This document shows positions 50,417 through 61,101 of a DNA stretch of 64,000 nt, in pieces. This DNA comes from Halanaerobiales bacterium (GTDB taxonomy: Bacteria; Bacillota; Halanaerobiia; Halanaerobiales; M55B127), in the NCBI GenBank assembly GCA_046482435.1, contig JAWOEZ010000089.1, forward strand, positions 1,183 to 65,182, given 5' to 3'. Under the pieces are notes generated by a model, which was not told the origin of the DNA, made no database searches, and was given only the letters and a program-made list of their open reading frames with translations. The position numbers were made by a program, and so were the translations under genes. Position 1 is the stretch's first letter. Every line of letters starts with the position of its first letter.

Positions 50417-51298
50417 CTAGCTTATTTGTATAGTATGGTGCGTTTTTATGAACCTTACTGAACCGGTTTTGCTCCTTAGTAACATTGTATGAGAAATAGC
50501 ATTATTACAGCTATATCTTATTCCTTTCAGTAAATCCCCATCAGTGATAGCTGTAGCTGCAAATACAATATCTTTCCCGAGAGCCAAATCTTCTGTGAAG
50601 TAAAGTTTATCAATATGCTCAATACCGAATTCTTCGGCTTTTTTCTATCCAGTTCATCTTTAGTGGAGCAAGGAAACTCCACCTAAATCTTATCTCTGAT
50701 TTAGGTGGAGAAGCTAACTTCGCGGTTTCAATCTAGCCTTAATTTCTCCACCCATACACCTCAATGCAGCAGCGGTAAGTACCCCTTCTATAGCACCAAC
50801 TATCCCCATCATCATATCTACACCGGAGTCTGTAAGACCTGTAGCAATACCCTCAGCTACATCACCATCACTAATCAATTTAATTCTGGCACCTATTGAC
50901 CATATATCATTTATTAACTGTTTATGTCGAGGCTGATCTAATACCACAATTGTCAAAACTTTCACACCTTTATTTAAGGCAGCAGCTGTAGCCCTCAAAT
51001 TATCTTTTACTGAAGCATCCAAATTTATTTTACCTTTTGCAATTAATGTTGTACCTCCTACTGGATCAACTGCGATATCTAATTACGGATTAGCACTTCC
51101 GTCTCCTATTTCTTCTCCTATGTAAAGATGAGGAGCTCCATCTTATTCATCTTTTCCGCTTACTACAGTACCATTTATCTCAATTGTATCAAAAATCTTC
51201 TCATAGTATCTACTGCTGCACCATCCACACACTTTTTGCATCCTTTACCCATCAGTTTCAGAAACTCTGAAAAAATCAAATCCTAATTGTATTTTCAT
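50417..51298 (-). pseudogene. glpX: Class II fructose-1,6-bisphosphatase (GlpX) pseudogene
   Basis: Own three-frame reading recovers GlpX-like blocks: MKIQLGFDFFRVSETDG*, GKGCKKCVDGAAVDTMR, INGTVVSGKDE*DGAPHLYIGEEIGDGSANP*LDIAVDPVGGTTL, ...DASVKDNLRATAAALNK...GGEIKARLKPRS*, TKDELDRKK, AEEFGIEHIDKLYFTEDLALGKDIVFAATAITDGDLLKGIRY...VRFIKTHHTIQIS*. There are at least 4 in-frame stops, at least 3 frame changes and an internal deletion of ~35 codons. The 102-aa track ORF 50714..51022 is only the longest fragment. Confidence 0.85.
50677..50710. repeat. Perfect 13-bp-stem hairpin (34 nt) inside the glpX pseudogene
   Basis: CTCCACCTAAATC-ttatctct-GATTTAGGTGGAG. GTGGAG recurs at 50663..50668. Confidence 0.7.
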
Positions 51299-51318
51299 CT
51301 ATATTTCAGCTCTTCATA

Positions 51319-51927
51319 TTAGTCTATATAGTCTACCAATGCTTTAATAATTGTAGTTTTACTTATTCTACCAATCACTCCATCATTACTATCAATAACT
51401 GGTAAAAAATCAATTTTATGCTGTCTTATCTTACGAGCTGCGTCAATAAATGTAGAATCGGGAGAAACTGAAATTATCTTCGGTCTTCTGGTCATCGCTA
51501 AACTTACCGGCGTTTTTTTAAGGTTACTTTGTCCTATACTCATTTTAAGTAAGTCCTTCCTCGAAATAACGCCTCTTATCTTCTCTTCATCATTTACCAC
51601 TACAATAGAACCTACATCTTCTAGAAACATCTTTACAATAGTATCATAAATGTTTGTTTCTTCATCTACTTGAATAGGTTTTGTCATTATTTCCTTCGCT
51701 TTTCTATTATACAATGTTTCTATTTCTTTTAATTCATAATCTTTTTGTATTAAATAATAACCCACATTTGGTTTTGCATCTAGAATCTTTAACATTGATA
51801 AAATCGATAAATCAGAACGAATCGTTGCTCTTGATAAACCCAACTGATCGGAAATTTTTTTAGAAGATACTGGCCCCTGCTTTTTTACAATTTCAATAAT
51901 CTCCTTCTGTCTTTTAGATAGTTCCAT
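51319..51927 (-). CDS. ccpN: CcpN-type transcriptional repressor (HTH + CBS pair), control of gluconeogenic genes
   Basis: 202 aa. LSKRQKEIIEIVKKQGPVSSKKISDQLGLSRATIRSDLSIL..., MFLEDVGS and ISRKDLL align along the full length with my recollection of B. subtilis CcpN. Confidence 0.85.
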   Translation of the reverse strand: MELSKRQKEIIEIVKKQGPVSSKKISDQLGLSRATIRSDLSILSMLKILDAKPNVGYYLIQKDYELKEIETLYNRKAKEIMTKPIQVDEETNIYDTIVKMFLEDVGSIVVVNDEEKIRGVISRKDLLKMSIGQSNLKKTPVSLAMTRRPKIISVSPDSTFIDAARKIRQHKIDFLPVIDSNDGVIGRISKTTIIKALVDYID

Positions 51928-52061
51928 ATCTTACCTCCTCGAATAATACTAATATTTACAAAATAACATAACATAAATAACCAATTAATTCAACACTATT
52001 TCAATAATAAGGCACAATTAATACGCCTTTATTTGACATTAATCATATTATAACCTTTATA

Positions 52062-52110
52062 AAAGAAAAAAATATAAGGATAAACCCCTATAACAGGCCT
52101 TATCCTTATA
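52062..52110 (-). terminator. Rho-independent terminator after the nfeD-floA-yqfB-like unit
   Basis: A perfect 10-bp outer stem UAUAAGGAUA/UAUCCUUAUA is followed by a U7 run. Confidence 0.5.
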
Positions 52111-52120
52111 TTTATACACT

Positions 52121-52525
52121 TTAACTATTTTTTTTAGCATGATTCTTCTTAAAACGAGGTTCATCAAGGATTTCTTTCATAATAATACCCCTAATTATGT
52201 CGTTCTTTTTAATAAATAGTTTGTTTTTAGATTTCTTTTTAATCTTTTTTACTTTTAATTTCTTTTTTGAATATTTTTTCTCTTCAGCTTGATCCTCATT
52301 ATAATTTTCCCTTTCATACCTTTGTTTAAACTTATCTTTATCATACTCAAAATCAACTTTTTCATTTTGAGCATTTAAATTATCTTCATTTGAATAGTTA
52401 TCAGTGCTGGTATCAGCTTTACTTTTTTTAATAACATTATTTTTCTTATTTATATAATTAACTATTCTTGTAATAACAACTAAAACTAAAAACAAAAGAG
52501 GCCAATAGCTAAAAATATTATCCAT
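52121..52525 (-). CDS. Hypothetical N-terminally anchored Lys/Asn-rich protein (occupies the yqfB position)
   Basis: A single N-terminal TM helix (WPLLFLVLVVITRIV) is followed by a highly charged, low-complexity body. The C-terminal motif is IIRGIIMKEILDEPRFKK. It lies 23 nt downstream of floA. Confidence 0.45.
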   Translation of the reverse strand: MDNIFSYWPLLFLVLVVITRIVNYINKKNNVIKKSKADTSTDNYSNEDNLNAQNEKVDFEYDKDKFKQRYERENYNEDQAEEKKYSKKKLKVKKIKKKSKNKLFIKKNDIIRGIIMKEILDEPRFKKNHAKKNS

Positions 52526-52548
52526 TGTTAATCACACCTCTATTTAGC

Positions 52549-53547
52549 TCACTCTTCCTTGTCTTCATCATAATTTTCCTCTTTTTCTTCTCCTGTAAAT
52601 TCGGAAATTCCCTCTCTCATTCCAGTATCAGCTTTTATATTTTTATAATTCATGTAATCCATGACACCAAGATTACCGTTTTTAAGTGCCTCTGCAATTG
52701 CAAGTGGAACTTGTGCTTCAGCTTCTACAACCTTGGCTTGTTTTTCTTGTACCTCTGCTCTCATTTCTTGTTCTCTGGCAACAGCCATTGCCCTTCTTTC
52801 TTCAGCTTTAGCCTGAGCTATTTCTTTGTCTGCTTCCGCTTGATCAGTTTGAAGTTGTGCACCAATATTTTTACCTACATCTACATCGGCTATATCAATA
52901 GACAGAATCTCAAAAGCTGTCCCTGAGTCCAAACCTTTGTTAAGAACAGTTTTAGAAATGGAATCAGGATTTTCTAATACATTTTTATGAGTTTCAGCTG
53001 AACCAACTGTAGTTACTATTCCTTCACCCACTCTTGCCAGTACAGTTTCTTCTCCTGCCCCACCTACTAATCTATCTATATTAGCTCTTACGGTTACTCT
53101 TGCTGTAGCCATTACCTGAATACCGTCCATAGCAACCGCAGTAACTAAAGGAGTTTTAATTACTTTTGGATTAACACTCATCTTTACTGCTTCTAATACA
53201 TCTCTACCGGCTAAGTCAATAGCAGCAGCCCGTTCAAATTTCAATGGTATCTCAGCCCTTTCGGCAGCTATTAAAGCATCGACTACCTTGTTTACATTCC
53301 CTCCAGCCAAATAATGGGCTTCCAACTTATCACTAGTTAGGTCTAGACCGGCTTTATGGGATTTGATTAATGGACCCACTATTGAGGATGGTACTACTCT
53401 TCTAAGTCTCATTCCTATTAAATTAAAAAAACCAATTTTAACACCAGCTGCAATAGCTGATATCCATAATCCTAGTGGAATAAAATACAGAAATAGGAAT
53501 ATGAATACTATTACAGCAAATATAGTTAATAACGATACAAGTGTCAT
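52549..53547 (-). CDS. floA: Flotillin-like protein FloA (YqfA/UPF0365)
   Basis: N-terminal hairpin anchor, an SPFH-like body and an Ala/Glu-rich coiled coil ([20 protein letters not shown]). It overlaps the nfeD stop by 4 nt. Confidence 0.9.
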   Translation of the reverse strand: MTLVSLLTIFAVIVFIFLFLYFIPLGLWISAIAAGVKIGFFNLIGMRLRRVVPSSIVGPLIKSHKAGLDLTSDKLEAHYLAGGNVNKVVDALIAAERAEIPLKFERAAAIDLAGRDVLEAVKMSVNPKVIKTPLVTAVAMDGIQVMATARVTVRANIDRLVGGAGEETVLARVGEGIVTTVGSAETHKNVLENPDSISKTVLNKGLDSGTAFEILSIDIADVDVGKNIGAQLQTDQAEADKEIAQAKAEERRAMAVAREQEMRAEVQEKQAKVVEAEAQVPLAIAEALKNGNLGVMDYMNYKNIKADTGMREGISEFTGEEKEENYDEDKEE

Positions 53548-54839
53548 CTATTTTCCTCCTCTTTATATGGTTTAACTAAAACCTTACTACCCTTTACATC
53601 AATTACAATTACTTTCTCTCCCTTGTCAACAAATCCGCCTTCACTAACAACATCAATCCTTCTATTGTCTATTTCAACAATTCCTGCTGGTCTAAGTGGT
53701 GTCAATGTAATACCGGTTTTATTGATTATTTGCTTATTATCATTTGCTGCTACATAACCAATATCCGTAGTTTGACTGGTTCCCAGAGATATACGGGACC
53801 AAACTTTTGAACTCCCAAAATACTTAGCAATTATAAGGGTTAAAAACACAGTTGCTATTAAAGTAGTTGCAATAATATTAATAGCAATTTGCGGGGTGGG
53901 GAATAAAAAATATAGACTTACAAATATAGATATCATTCCACCTATACCAGTAACACCAAATCCAGGTACTACAAAAGCTTCAAGTATAATTAATATTAAA
54001 CCTACTAAAAATAATACTATAATACCCCAACTAGCCAACCCATTTATTACATAACCACTAAAAAATAAGCCTAAAGAAATAAGTCCTACAGTTCCCCCAA
54101 CACCAAAGCCCGGAACAAGTAATTCAAAAATTAACGCACTAAAACCGATTATTAATAAAAAAGTACTCATATAGGGATTTGTAACTATTTGGACAAATCT
54201 ATCTATAGTTTGAGGTTCAATATTGTTGACTGTTCCTTGTGCGACGCCTAAATAGTCATAAAAATCATCATTTGAATTAACTACCTTATTAGAAATATCA
54301 TTATTATCAGCTTCTTCAGCAGTTAAAGTTAACAATTTCCCCCTCTCAATAACTCCCTCAATTGATATATCTACATCAACCATTGCTTCTGCAATATCTG
54401 AATTTCTAGATCTTGCTTCAGCAGTAGCTTTAAATTCTTTGCGAAGGGCAGAAATATACTTTTCTTCATTGGGCCTAGTCTCAGCAGCCCCGATACTGCT
54501 CCCCTCTTTCATAACTAACTGATCACCAGCTAAAGCAATCAATGCTCCTGCAGACCAGGCTCGATTCGAAACATAAGTTACTGTCTCTATATTTGAATTT
54601 ATAATAATATCTTTAATACTGATCGCTGGGTCTACATATCCACCATAAGTATCAATCTTGACAATTATTTTATTGGCACCCTTTTCTACTGCTTCATCAA
54701 AACTTCTACTAAAAAAAGAAAACATTGCCTGGTCAATGTCCCCTTGAATAGGTATTTGATAGACAATGTCTTGTGCATTTACGTTAAAAGAAAAAAGTAT
54801 TATAATAATTAATACTAGAAATATTTTGTTTTTCAACAT
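53544..54839 (-). CDS. NfeD family membrane protease (YqeZ-like)
   Basis: A signal/anchor is followed by a ClpP-class domain (TYGGYVD...SAGALIA), then 4-5 TM helices and a C-terminal OB domain. Confidence 0.85.
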   Translation of the reverse strand: MLKNKIFLVLIIIILFSFNVNAQDIVYQIPIQGDIDQAMFSFFSRSFDEAVEKGANKIIVKIDTYGGYVDPAISIKDIIINSNIETVTYVSNRAWSAGALIALAGDQLVMKEGSSIGAAETRPNEEKYISALRKEFKATAEARSRNSDIAEAMVDVDISIEGVIERGKLLTLTAEEADNNDISNKVVNSNDDFYDYLGVAQGTVNNIEPQTIDRFVQIVTNPYMSTFLLIIGFSALIFELLVPGFGVGGTVGLISLGLFFSGYVINGLASWGIIVLFLVGLILIILEAFVVPGFGVTGIGGMISIFVSLYFLFPTPQIAINIIATTLIATVFLTLIIAKYFGSSKVWSRISLGTSQTTDIGYVAANDNKQIINKTGITLTPLRPAGIVEIDNRRIDVVSEGGFVDKGEKVIVIDVKGSKVLVKPYKEEENR

Positions 54840-54865
54840 AGTTTACACCTCTTTACAATGCTATT

Positions 54866-55210
54866 TTATCCAGGAGGCCACTGCATCTCCCTTCCTCCCA
54901 AGAGATGATAATGTATATGGAAAATACTCTGTCCTGCTTTCTCCCTATTGTTATTTACTATTCTGAATCCTTCTTCTGCAATTTGAAACTTTTCTGCCAT
55001 TTGTACAGCAACTTTGTGAATATGTGAAATAATATCAAATTCATTTTCTTCTAATTCCATAATATTTTCTTTGTGATCTTTGGGTACAATTAACAAATGT
55101 ACTGGGGCTTGTGGGTTTATATCCTCAAATACTACTAATTGTTCATCTTCATATATAAGGTCTGTATCTAATTCTTTATTTATAATCTTACAAAATAAGC
55201 AGTCAGCCAT
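54866..55210 (-). CDS. HIT family (Hint-like) nucleotide hydrolase
   Basis: Histidine triad HIHYHLLGG is present. ATG at 55210 lies 7 nt after AGGAGG. Confidence 0.9.
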   Translation of the reverse strand: MADCLFCKIINKELDTDLIYEDEQLVVFEDINPQAPVHLLIVPKDHKENIMELEENEFDIISHIHKVAVQMAEKFQIAEEGFRIVNNNREKAGQSIFHIHYHLLGGREMQWPPG

Positions 55211-55267
55211 TATCATTCCTCCTTTCTTATAATATATTATTCTATATTATCCATAAAAAACCTCTTT

Positions 55268-56587
55268 TTACAAAATCTTTCCTATTAAGGATTCATGATT
55301 ATGACAATCAACTAATTTAACTTCTTTCAGTTTTTCAATATCTTCATTTTCAGCATTTACTAATACTTTAATATAGTTATTTGTATAGCCGGTATATAGT
55401 TCATTTTTTTTATCTTTATTATCTTCAACAATAATTTTTTTGTTCTTTCCTATAAATTTATTATTAAATTGACTCATCAATTTTTTGTTTAATTTGCGTA
55501 ATCTGCCAGCATTTTTATTTTTAATATCTCCCCTTACTTTAGGTTTCATATCATAGGCGGCAGTATTTTCTCTTCTTGAAAAGGGGAATACATGTAATCT
55601 ACTAAATTTAATTTCTTTTACAAAATTATATGTTTCTCTGAATTCTGTTATTGTTTCCCCTGGAAATCCAACAATTACATCAGTCGTTATAGCTAATTCC
55701 GGGATTTCTTCTCTCAATTTATTTACTTTATTTCTAAATTCTTCTTTTGTGTAAGGCCTGTTCATCTTTTTTAATATTTCATTAGATCCACTCTGTAAAG
55801 GTAGGTGTAAATGAGGGCATACCTTCTTATTATTCTTTATCAATTTGAGTAACCTATTATTAACTTCTGTCACTTCTATAGAACTTAACCTTATACGCTC
55901 CAAGCCCTTTATTTCGGAAAGGTCTTCTATTAAATTAACCAAGGCATATTTATCCCCGTTTTCAATCCCATATGCACCCAAATGGATCCCGGTTAGGACT
56001 ATCTCTTTTACACCTTTTTTTCTGATCAGTTTATTTACCTCACTTAAAATATTCTTTTTAGGTCTGCTGCGCATTTTCCCTCTTGCATAAGGAATAATAC
56101 AATAACTACAAAACTGATTACAACCTTCCTGTATTTTGATATAGGCTCTTGTAGTTTCACTTAAATCCTTTACACTCATTTCTTCAAATTCTAAAAACTT
56201 ATCATAATTTAAGTTATTTTTTAGTAATTTATTATTATCTCTATCTTTAATTTTATCTTCTACTAATTTTACAATATTGCTTTTCCCTGAAGTTCCTAAC
56301 ATATAATCGATTTCTTCAATTTGTGAAACTTCATTTTCCTCTACCTGAGGATAACAACCTACCATTATTACTTTGGCATTATCATTTTTTCTTTTCGCCC
56401 TTCTTGCATATTTTCTTGATTTACTGGCAGCCTGGGTAGTAACAGTACAACTATTAATAACATATAGATCAACTATATCATCAAATTCCTTTATTTCATA
56501 ACCTTTTGCCTTAAATTTATCCATCATAGCCTCGGTTTCATAGTGATTAACTTTACAACCAAGGGTATAAAATGCAACACTTTTCAT
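55268..56587 (-). CDS. mtaB: tRNA (N6-threonylcarbamoyladenosine(37)-C2)-methylthiotransferase MtaB (YqeV-like)
   Basis: An MTTase N-domain (TLGCKVN) is followed by the radical-SAM CNQFCSYC and a TRAM C-terminus. Synteny next to rsmE matches B. subtilis yqeV. Confidence 0.85.
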   Translation of the reverse strand: MKSVAFYTLGCKVNHYETEAMMDKFKAKGYEIKEFDDIVDLYVINSCTVTTQAASKSRKYARRAKRKNDNAKVIMVGCYPQVEENEVSQIEEIDYMLGTSGKSNIVKLVEDKIKDRDNNKLLKNNLNYDKFLEFEEMSVKDLSETTRAYIKIQEGCNQFCSYCIIPYARGKMRSRPKKNILSEVNKLIRKKGVKEIVLTGIHLGAYGIENGDKYALVNLIEDLSEIKGLERIRLSSIEVTEVNNRLLKLIKNNKKVCPHLHLPLQSGSNEILKKMNRPYTKEEFRNKVNKLREEIPELAITTDVIVGFPGETITEFRETYNFVKEIKFSRLHVFPFSRRENTAAYDMKPKVRGDIKNKNAGRLRKLNKKLMSQFNNKFIGKNKKIIVEDNKDKKNELYTGYTNNYIKVLVNAENEDIEKLKEVKLVDCHNHESLIGKIL

Positions 56588-56589
56588 TA

Positions 56590-57360
56590 TTATCCCCCTA
56601 AGCCATCAAATTCATATAGAATTGCTGATAAAGCAACAATCCCGGCAGTTTCAGTCCTTAATATTCTGGGTCCCAAACTTATTTTCTCAACTTCAACTGA
56701 AGAATCGATTTTTTCAAACATTTCTACTTCTCCTTTTGTAAACCCACCTTCGGGTCCAATAAATAATAATATATCATTTAATTTATTATTTTTATGTTCT
56801 CTGATAACATATTTAATACTTTTGGAGACTTCACCTGTAAATAACACTAAAACAAGATCATACTTTCTTATTAACTCTTTTACTTCCCCTTTTTTTTCAA
56901 GGGAAATCAAGTCCAATATTTTAGGTATTTTACCTCTTTGTGATTGCTTAGCAGCCTCTTCGGCAATTGCCTGCCATCTTTCATTTCTTCGCTTTTCCTT
57001 ACTTCTTGAAAGTTTTACAATTGTGCGTTCAGTATCTATAGGTATAATATTGTTTGCTCCAATCTCTGTACCTTTTTGGATAACAAATTCAATATTTCTA
57101 TTTTTTGGAACTGCTTGAGCTAGATCTATATTAATATTAGGTTCACTTTTATTAGCTCTTTTCTCAATAATTCGCCCCACCACAGAATTTTCTTTAAATT
57201 CTGATAATTTAACTATAAAATCATATCCGTCTCCAGTGGATATAATTATTTTTTCACCTACTTTAAGTCTTAAAGAATTAGAAATGTGGTTGAAATCATC
57301 TCCACTAATTTCAACCACATCATTATCTATATATTCTGATTTAACAAAAAATCTGTTCAT
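56590..57360 (-). CDS. rsmE: 16S rRNA (uracil(1498)-N3)-methyltransferase
   Basis: A PUA-like N-terminus is followed by a SPOUT C-terminus (IGPEGGFT...LGPRILRTETA). Confidence 0.9.
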   Translation of the reverse strand: MNRFFVKSEYIDNDVVEISGDDFNHISNSLRLKVGEKIIISTGDGYDFIVKLSEFKENSVVGRIIEKRANKSEPNINIDLAQAVPKNRNIEFVIQKGTEIGANNIIPIDTERTIVKLSRSKEKRRNERWQAIAEEAAKQSQRGKIPKILDLISLEKKGEVKELIRKYDLVLVLFTGEVSKSIKYVIREHKNNKLNDILLFIGPEGGFTKGEVEMFEKIDSSVEVEKISLGPRILRTETAGIVALSAILYEFDGLGG

Positions 57361-57393
57361 AAATTTTGTTTCCTCTCCAATTATAAATATTAT

Positions 57394-58527
57394 TTAAAGG
57401 GCACCAAAAGCATTTTTTACTTTATCAAAAAAGCCCTTCTTTTCCGGATTAATTTCTTCACCGCTTATTTCAGCAAATTTCATAAGTAATTCTTTTTGTT
57501 CTTGATCCAAGTTATCAGGTATAACAACCTTTGTTTTAATATACTGGTCTCCTTTACCACTTTTATTTAAGTGTTTAATTCCTTTATTTTTCAATCTGAA
57601 TGTAGTACCTGGTTGAGTCCCCTCAGGAATCTCGAATTTAACTTTACCCTCTAAAGTTGGAACTTTTATTTCATCTCCTAATATAGCTTGAACAAAATTT
57701 ATAGGAATCTCACAGTAAATATCGTCACCTTTCCGATCAAATATTTTATGGGGCTGTACTTGAATGATAATATATAAGTCTCCACTGGCGGCTCCTGTTT
57801 CACCAGCTTCACCCTCACTAGCCATTCTTAATTTACTTCCATCATTTACTCCAGCCGGTATGTTTATTGTTAATTGTCTCCTTCGCTTAACTTTACCGGT
57901 ACCATTACAGTTTGAACAAGGATTTTCTACTATTTCGCCACTCCCACCACATCTATCACAAGTTTTAGTTTGGGCAAATCTACCGAATGGTGTCTGTTGA
58001 GTTACTCTAATTTGACCTTGCCCATTACACTTTGGACAGGTCTTTACATCAGCTCTAGATTCTGCTCCTGTACCATCACATTCCGGACATACTTCCGTTC
58101 TAGGAATTGTAATTTTCTTTTCAGCGCCAAAAGCTGCTTCTTCAAAAGAAATTTGTAATTTATACTGTAAATCTCTTCCTCGTTGAGGACTTCTGCGTCT
58201 GCTTCTACCGGTTCTTCCACCACCGAAAAACATATCAAATATATCTTCAAAACCACCGAATCCACCACGGGCAAAGTCATCAAAGTTGAAATCATCTTCA
58301 CCTATACCAGAGTGTCCATATTGATCATATCTTTTTCTCTTTTCAGGATTACTTAATATTTCATAAGCCTCTGATATTTCTTTAAACTTTTCACTTGCTT
58401 GTTTATCTCCATCATTTGTATCAGGATGGTATTTTTTTGCTAATTTCCTATATGCTTTTTTGATTTCTTTTTGGGATGCATCTTTACTAACACCCAGGAT
58501 ATCATAATAATCTTTTTTACCTGGCAT
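57394..58527 (-). CDS. dnaJ: Molecular chaperone DnaJ
   Basis: The J domain carries HPD. A G/F region and four CxxCxGxG zinc motifs follow. Confidence 0.95.
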   Translation of the reverse strand: MPGKKDYYDILGVSKDASQKEIKKAYRKLAKKYHPDTNDGDKQASEKFKEISEAYEILSNPEKRKRYDQYGHSGIGEDDFNFDDFARGGFGGFEDIFDMFFGGGRTGRSRRRSPQRGRDLQYKLQISFEEAAFGAEKKITIPRTEVCPECDGTGAESRADVKTCPKCNGQGQIRVTQQTPFGRFAQTKTCDRCGGSGEIVENPCSNCNGTGKVKRRRQLTINIPAGVNDGSKLRMASEGEAGETGAASGDLYIIIQVQPHKIFDRKGDDIYCEIPINFVQAILGDEIKVPTLEGKVKFEIPEGTQPGTTFRLKNKGIKHLNKSGKGDQYIKTKVVIPDNLDQEQKELLMKFAEISGEEINPEKKGFFDKVKNAFGAL

Positions 58528-58552
58528 TAAAAATCACCTCATAATTTTATAC

Positions 58553-58588
58553 AATCAAAAAAAGGGGAGTTAAACCCCTTTTTTTTAT
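58553..58588 (-). terminator. Hairpin with flanking A/U runs between dnaK and dnaJ (intra-operon terminator/attenuator)
   Basis: AAAAAAAAGGGGuuuaacuCCCCUUUUUUU. Confidence 0.5.
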
Positions 58589-58601
58589 TATAACATATTA
58601 A

Positions 58602-60464
58602 TTATTTATTTTCATCATCTACCTCTTCATAATCAACATCTACTGTCTCATCTTCTTCTGATGAAGCACCTGACTGCTGTTGGCTTCCTGCTTGTTGCTG
58701 AGCGCCAGCTTGCTGCCCTTGGGCTCCTTGTTGGGTTTGTGAATATAATTGTGAGCTTAATTCAGTTATCTGTTCATTTAATGCTTCCTTCTTTTCTTCG
58801 ATGAGATCGATATCATCTTCATCTATTGCATCCTGTAATTCATCTTTAGCATTTTTTACTTTTTCTAATAATGAGTCATCAACTTTACCTTCTGCTTTAT
58901 CTAATGTTTTCTTAGTGGTGTGAATTAAGGCATCAGCTTCGTTTTTAGTTTCAACTTCTTTTCTTTTCCTTTCATCTTCTTCAGCATGTTCTTCCGCTTC
59001 TTTTACCATTTCTTCAATTTCTTCTTCAGATAAGCCAGATGAAGATTCTATTGTTATATTCTGTTCATTTCCTGTACCTTTATCTTCTGCAGAAACATGA
59101 ACAATTCCATTTTCATCTATATCAAATGTAACTTCAATTTGTGGTACTCCACGGGGTGCAGGTGGAATATCCGTTAATTGGAATCTACCCAAAGTTTTAT
59201 TATCTTTAGCCATATCTCTTTCACCTTGTAGGACATGAATATCGACTGCAGTTTGATTGTCCTGAGCAGTAGAAAATATTTTACCCTTTGAAGTCGGGAT
59301 AGTAGTATTCCTATCTATTAATTTAGTAAATACACCACCCTGGGTTTCAATACCTAGGGAAAGTGGTGTTACATCTAATAAGACAATATCATCCACTTCG
59401 CCAGATAATACTCCAGCTTGAATTGCAGCACCAACTGCTACTACTTCATCAGGATTGATACCTTTATGAGGCTCTTTTCCTATTTTATCTTTCACTGCTT
59501 CTTGAACAGCTGGAATTCTTGTTGATCCACCTACCAAAATAACTTCATCTATTCCAGAAGATCCAAATCCAGCATCATCAATCGCCTTATCTGTTGGCCC
59601 CATTGTTTTATCAATTAGATCTTCTATAAGTTCTTCAAATTTTGCTCTCGTTATATCAACATCTAAGTGTTTTGGTCCATCTTCTGTCTGTGTAATAAAT
59701 GGTAAATTAACATTGGTTTGTTTAACACTTGAAAGCTCGATTTTTGCTTTTTCTGCAGAATCTTTTAAACGCTGTAAAGCCATTCTGTCATCTCTTAAAT
59801 CAATTCCTGTTTCACTTTTAAATTCTTCGGCTAAATAGTCCATGATTCTTTCATCAAAGTCATCTCCACCAAGAGTATTATTACCATGGGTAGAAACAAC
59901 TTCAAATACTCCATCACCAAGTTCAAGAATTGAAACATCAAATGTTCCACCACCTAAGTCAAACACTAAAATTGTTTGTTCAGATTCATCATCTAATCCA
60001 TAAGCTAAGGAAGCAGCTGTTGGTTCATTAATTATTCTCTTAACATTTAAACCTGCAATTTTGCCTGCATCCTTAGTGGCCTGTCTTTGTGAATCAGAAA
60101 AGTATGCCGGAACAGTTATTACTGCATCTTTAATATCTTCACCTAAGTATTCCTCAGCATCTTTTTTCATTTTCTGCAATACCATTGCGGAAATTTCTTG
60201 GGGTGTATATTTTTTATCTCCCATTTGCTTTTTAATATCTTTTCCCATTTGTCTTTTGATTGACTCTACTGTATTATCAGGATTAGTTATTGCCTGACGT
60301 TTAGCATATTCACCTACAAGTCTTTCTCCTTTTTTAGAATAAGCAACTACTGAAGGAGTAGTTCTCTTTCCTTCTTTATTTGGTATTACAGTTGGTTCTC
60401 CACCTTCCATAATAGCCATACATGAATTAGTAGTCCCTAAATCAATCCCTAGTATTTTACTCAT
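58602..60464 (-). CDS. dnaK: Molecular chaperone DnaK (Hsp70)
   Basis: 620 aa with GIDLGTTNS and DLGGGTFD. The C-terminal tail is Gln-rich and acidic. Confidence 0.97.
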   Translation of the reverse strand: MSKILGIDLGTTNSCMAIMEGGEPTVIPNKEGKRTTPSVVAYSKKGERLVGEYAKRQAITNPDNTVESIKRQMGKDIKKQMGDKKYTPQEISAMVLQKMKKDAEEYLGEDIKDAVITVPAYFSDSQRQATKDAGKIAGLNVKRIINEPTAASLAYGLDDESEQTILVFDLGGGTFDVSILELGDGVFEVVSTHGNNTLGGDDFDERIMDYLAEEFKSETGIDLRDDRMALQRLKDSAEKAKIELSSVKQTNVNLPFITQTEDGPKHLDVDITRAKFEELIEDLIDKTMGPTDKAIDDAGFGSSGIDEVILVGGSTRIPAVQEAVKDKIGKEPHKGINPDEVVAVGAAIQAGVLSGEVDDIVLLDVTPLSLGIETQGGVFTKLIDRNTTIPTSKGKIFSTAQDNQTAVDIHVLQGERDMAKDNKTLGRFQLTDIPPAPRGVPQIEVTFDIDENGIVHVSAEDKGTGNEQNITIESSSGLSEEEIEEMVKEAEEHAEEDERKRKEVETKNEADALIHTTKKTLDKAEGKVDDSLLEKVKNAKDELQDAIDEDDIDLIEEKKEALNEQITELSSQLYSQTQQGAQGQQAGAQQQAGSQQQSGASSEEDETVDVDYEEVDDENK

Positions 60465-60509
60465 TAAAGATTCCTCCTTTTATATATTCAATAATTTATT
60501 TTAAATGTA

Positions 60510-61100
60510 CTAGATGGCCACTTTAACCATGGCCGGCCTAACGACTTTACCATCCATTAAATAACCTTTCTGGATTTCTTCAACAATATAACCTGATTCA
60601 TCTTGTTCTGATTCAACCTGCATTACTGCTTCATGATAAGCGGGATCAAATTCTTCTCCTTCTGTTTCAATTACTTCAAGACCTTCTTTCTTTAATGCAT
60701 TTATGAGTTGTTTATGAATCTTGCCTACCCCAGAAAGAAATTCAGATTCTTCATCTACAGATTTTAGAGCTCTTTCAAAATTATCAATCACTGGTAAAAG
60801 TGAGCTGATAATTTCAGTTTTGGTTTTTAACTCTAACTGTTCTTTTTCCTTATTTACACGGTTTCTATAATTCACAAAATCAGCTTTCATCCTTTTGAAT
60901 TTATTCAAATACTCATCCTTCTCTTCTGTTACTGTAGTCAGCTCCTTTTTTATATTTTCTATTCTCTCTTCCATTAATTCCTCGATTATGTCTTCTTCAA
61001 GATCGACAGTTTCTTTTTGTTTCTCCTCATCATTATTCAACTTTTCTTTCTCAACCTTTTCTTGTTCCTTTTCAAAGTTTTCATCTTCTTTAGCCACCAT
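60510..61100 (-). CDS. grpE: Nucleotide exchange factor GrpE
   Basis: An acidic N-terminus and coiled coil are followed by the conserved C-terminus (FDPAYHEAV...VVRPAMVKV). Confidence 0.95.
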   Translation of the reverse strand: MVAKEDENFEKEQEKVEKEKLNNDEEKQKETVDLEEDIIEELMEERIENIKKELTTVTEEKDEYLNKFKRMKADFVNYRNRVNKEKEQLELKTKTEIISSLLPVIDNFERALKSVDEESEFLSGVGKIHKQLINALKKEGLEVIETEGEEFDPAYHEAVMQVESEQDESGYIVEEIQKGYLMDGKVVRPAMVKVAI

Positions 61101-61101
61101 T

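Noticed and set aside
50714-51022. A 102-aa ORF that could be called as a small intact gene.
   Set aside because: It is only the longest uninterrupted fragment of the glpX pseudogene. GlpX homology continues on both sides in other frames and across stop codons.
58044-58301. An 85-aa minus-strand ORF inside dnaJ.
   Set aside because: It is an alternative frame of the dnaJ coding region (the Zn-finger segment). It has no independent start signals.
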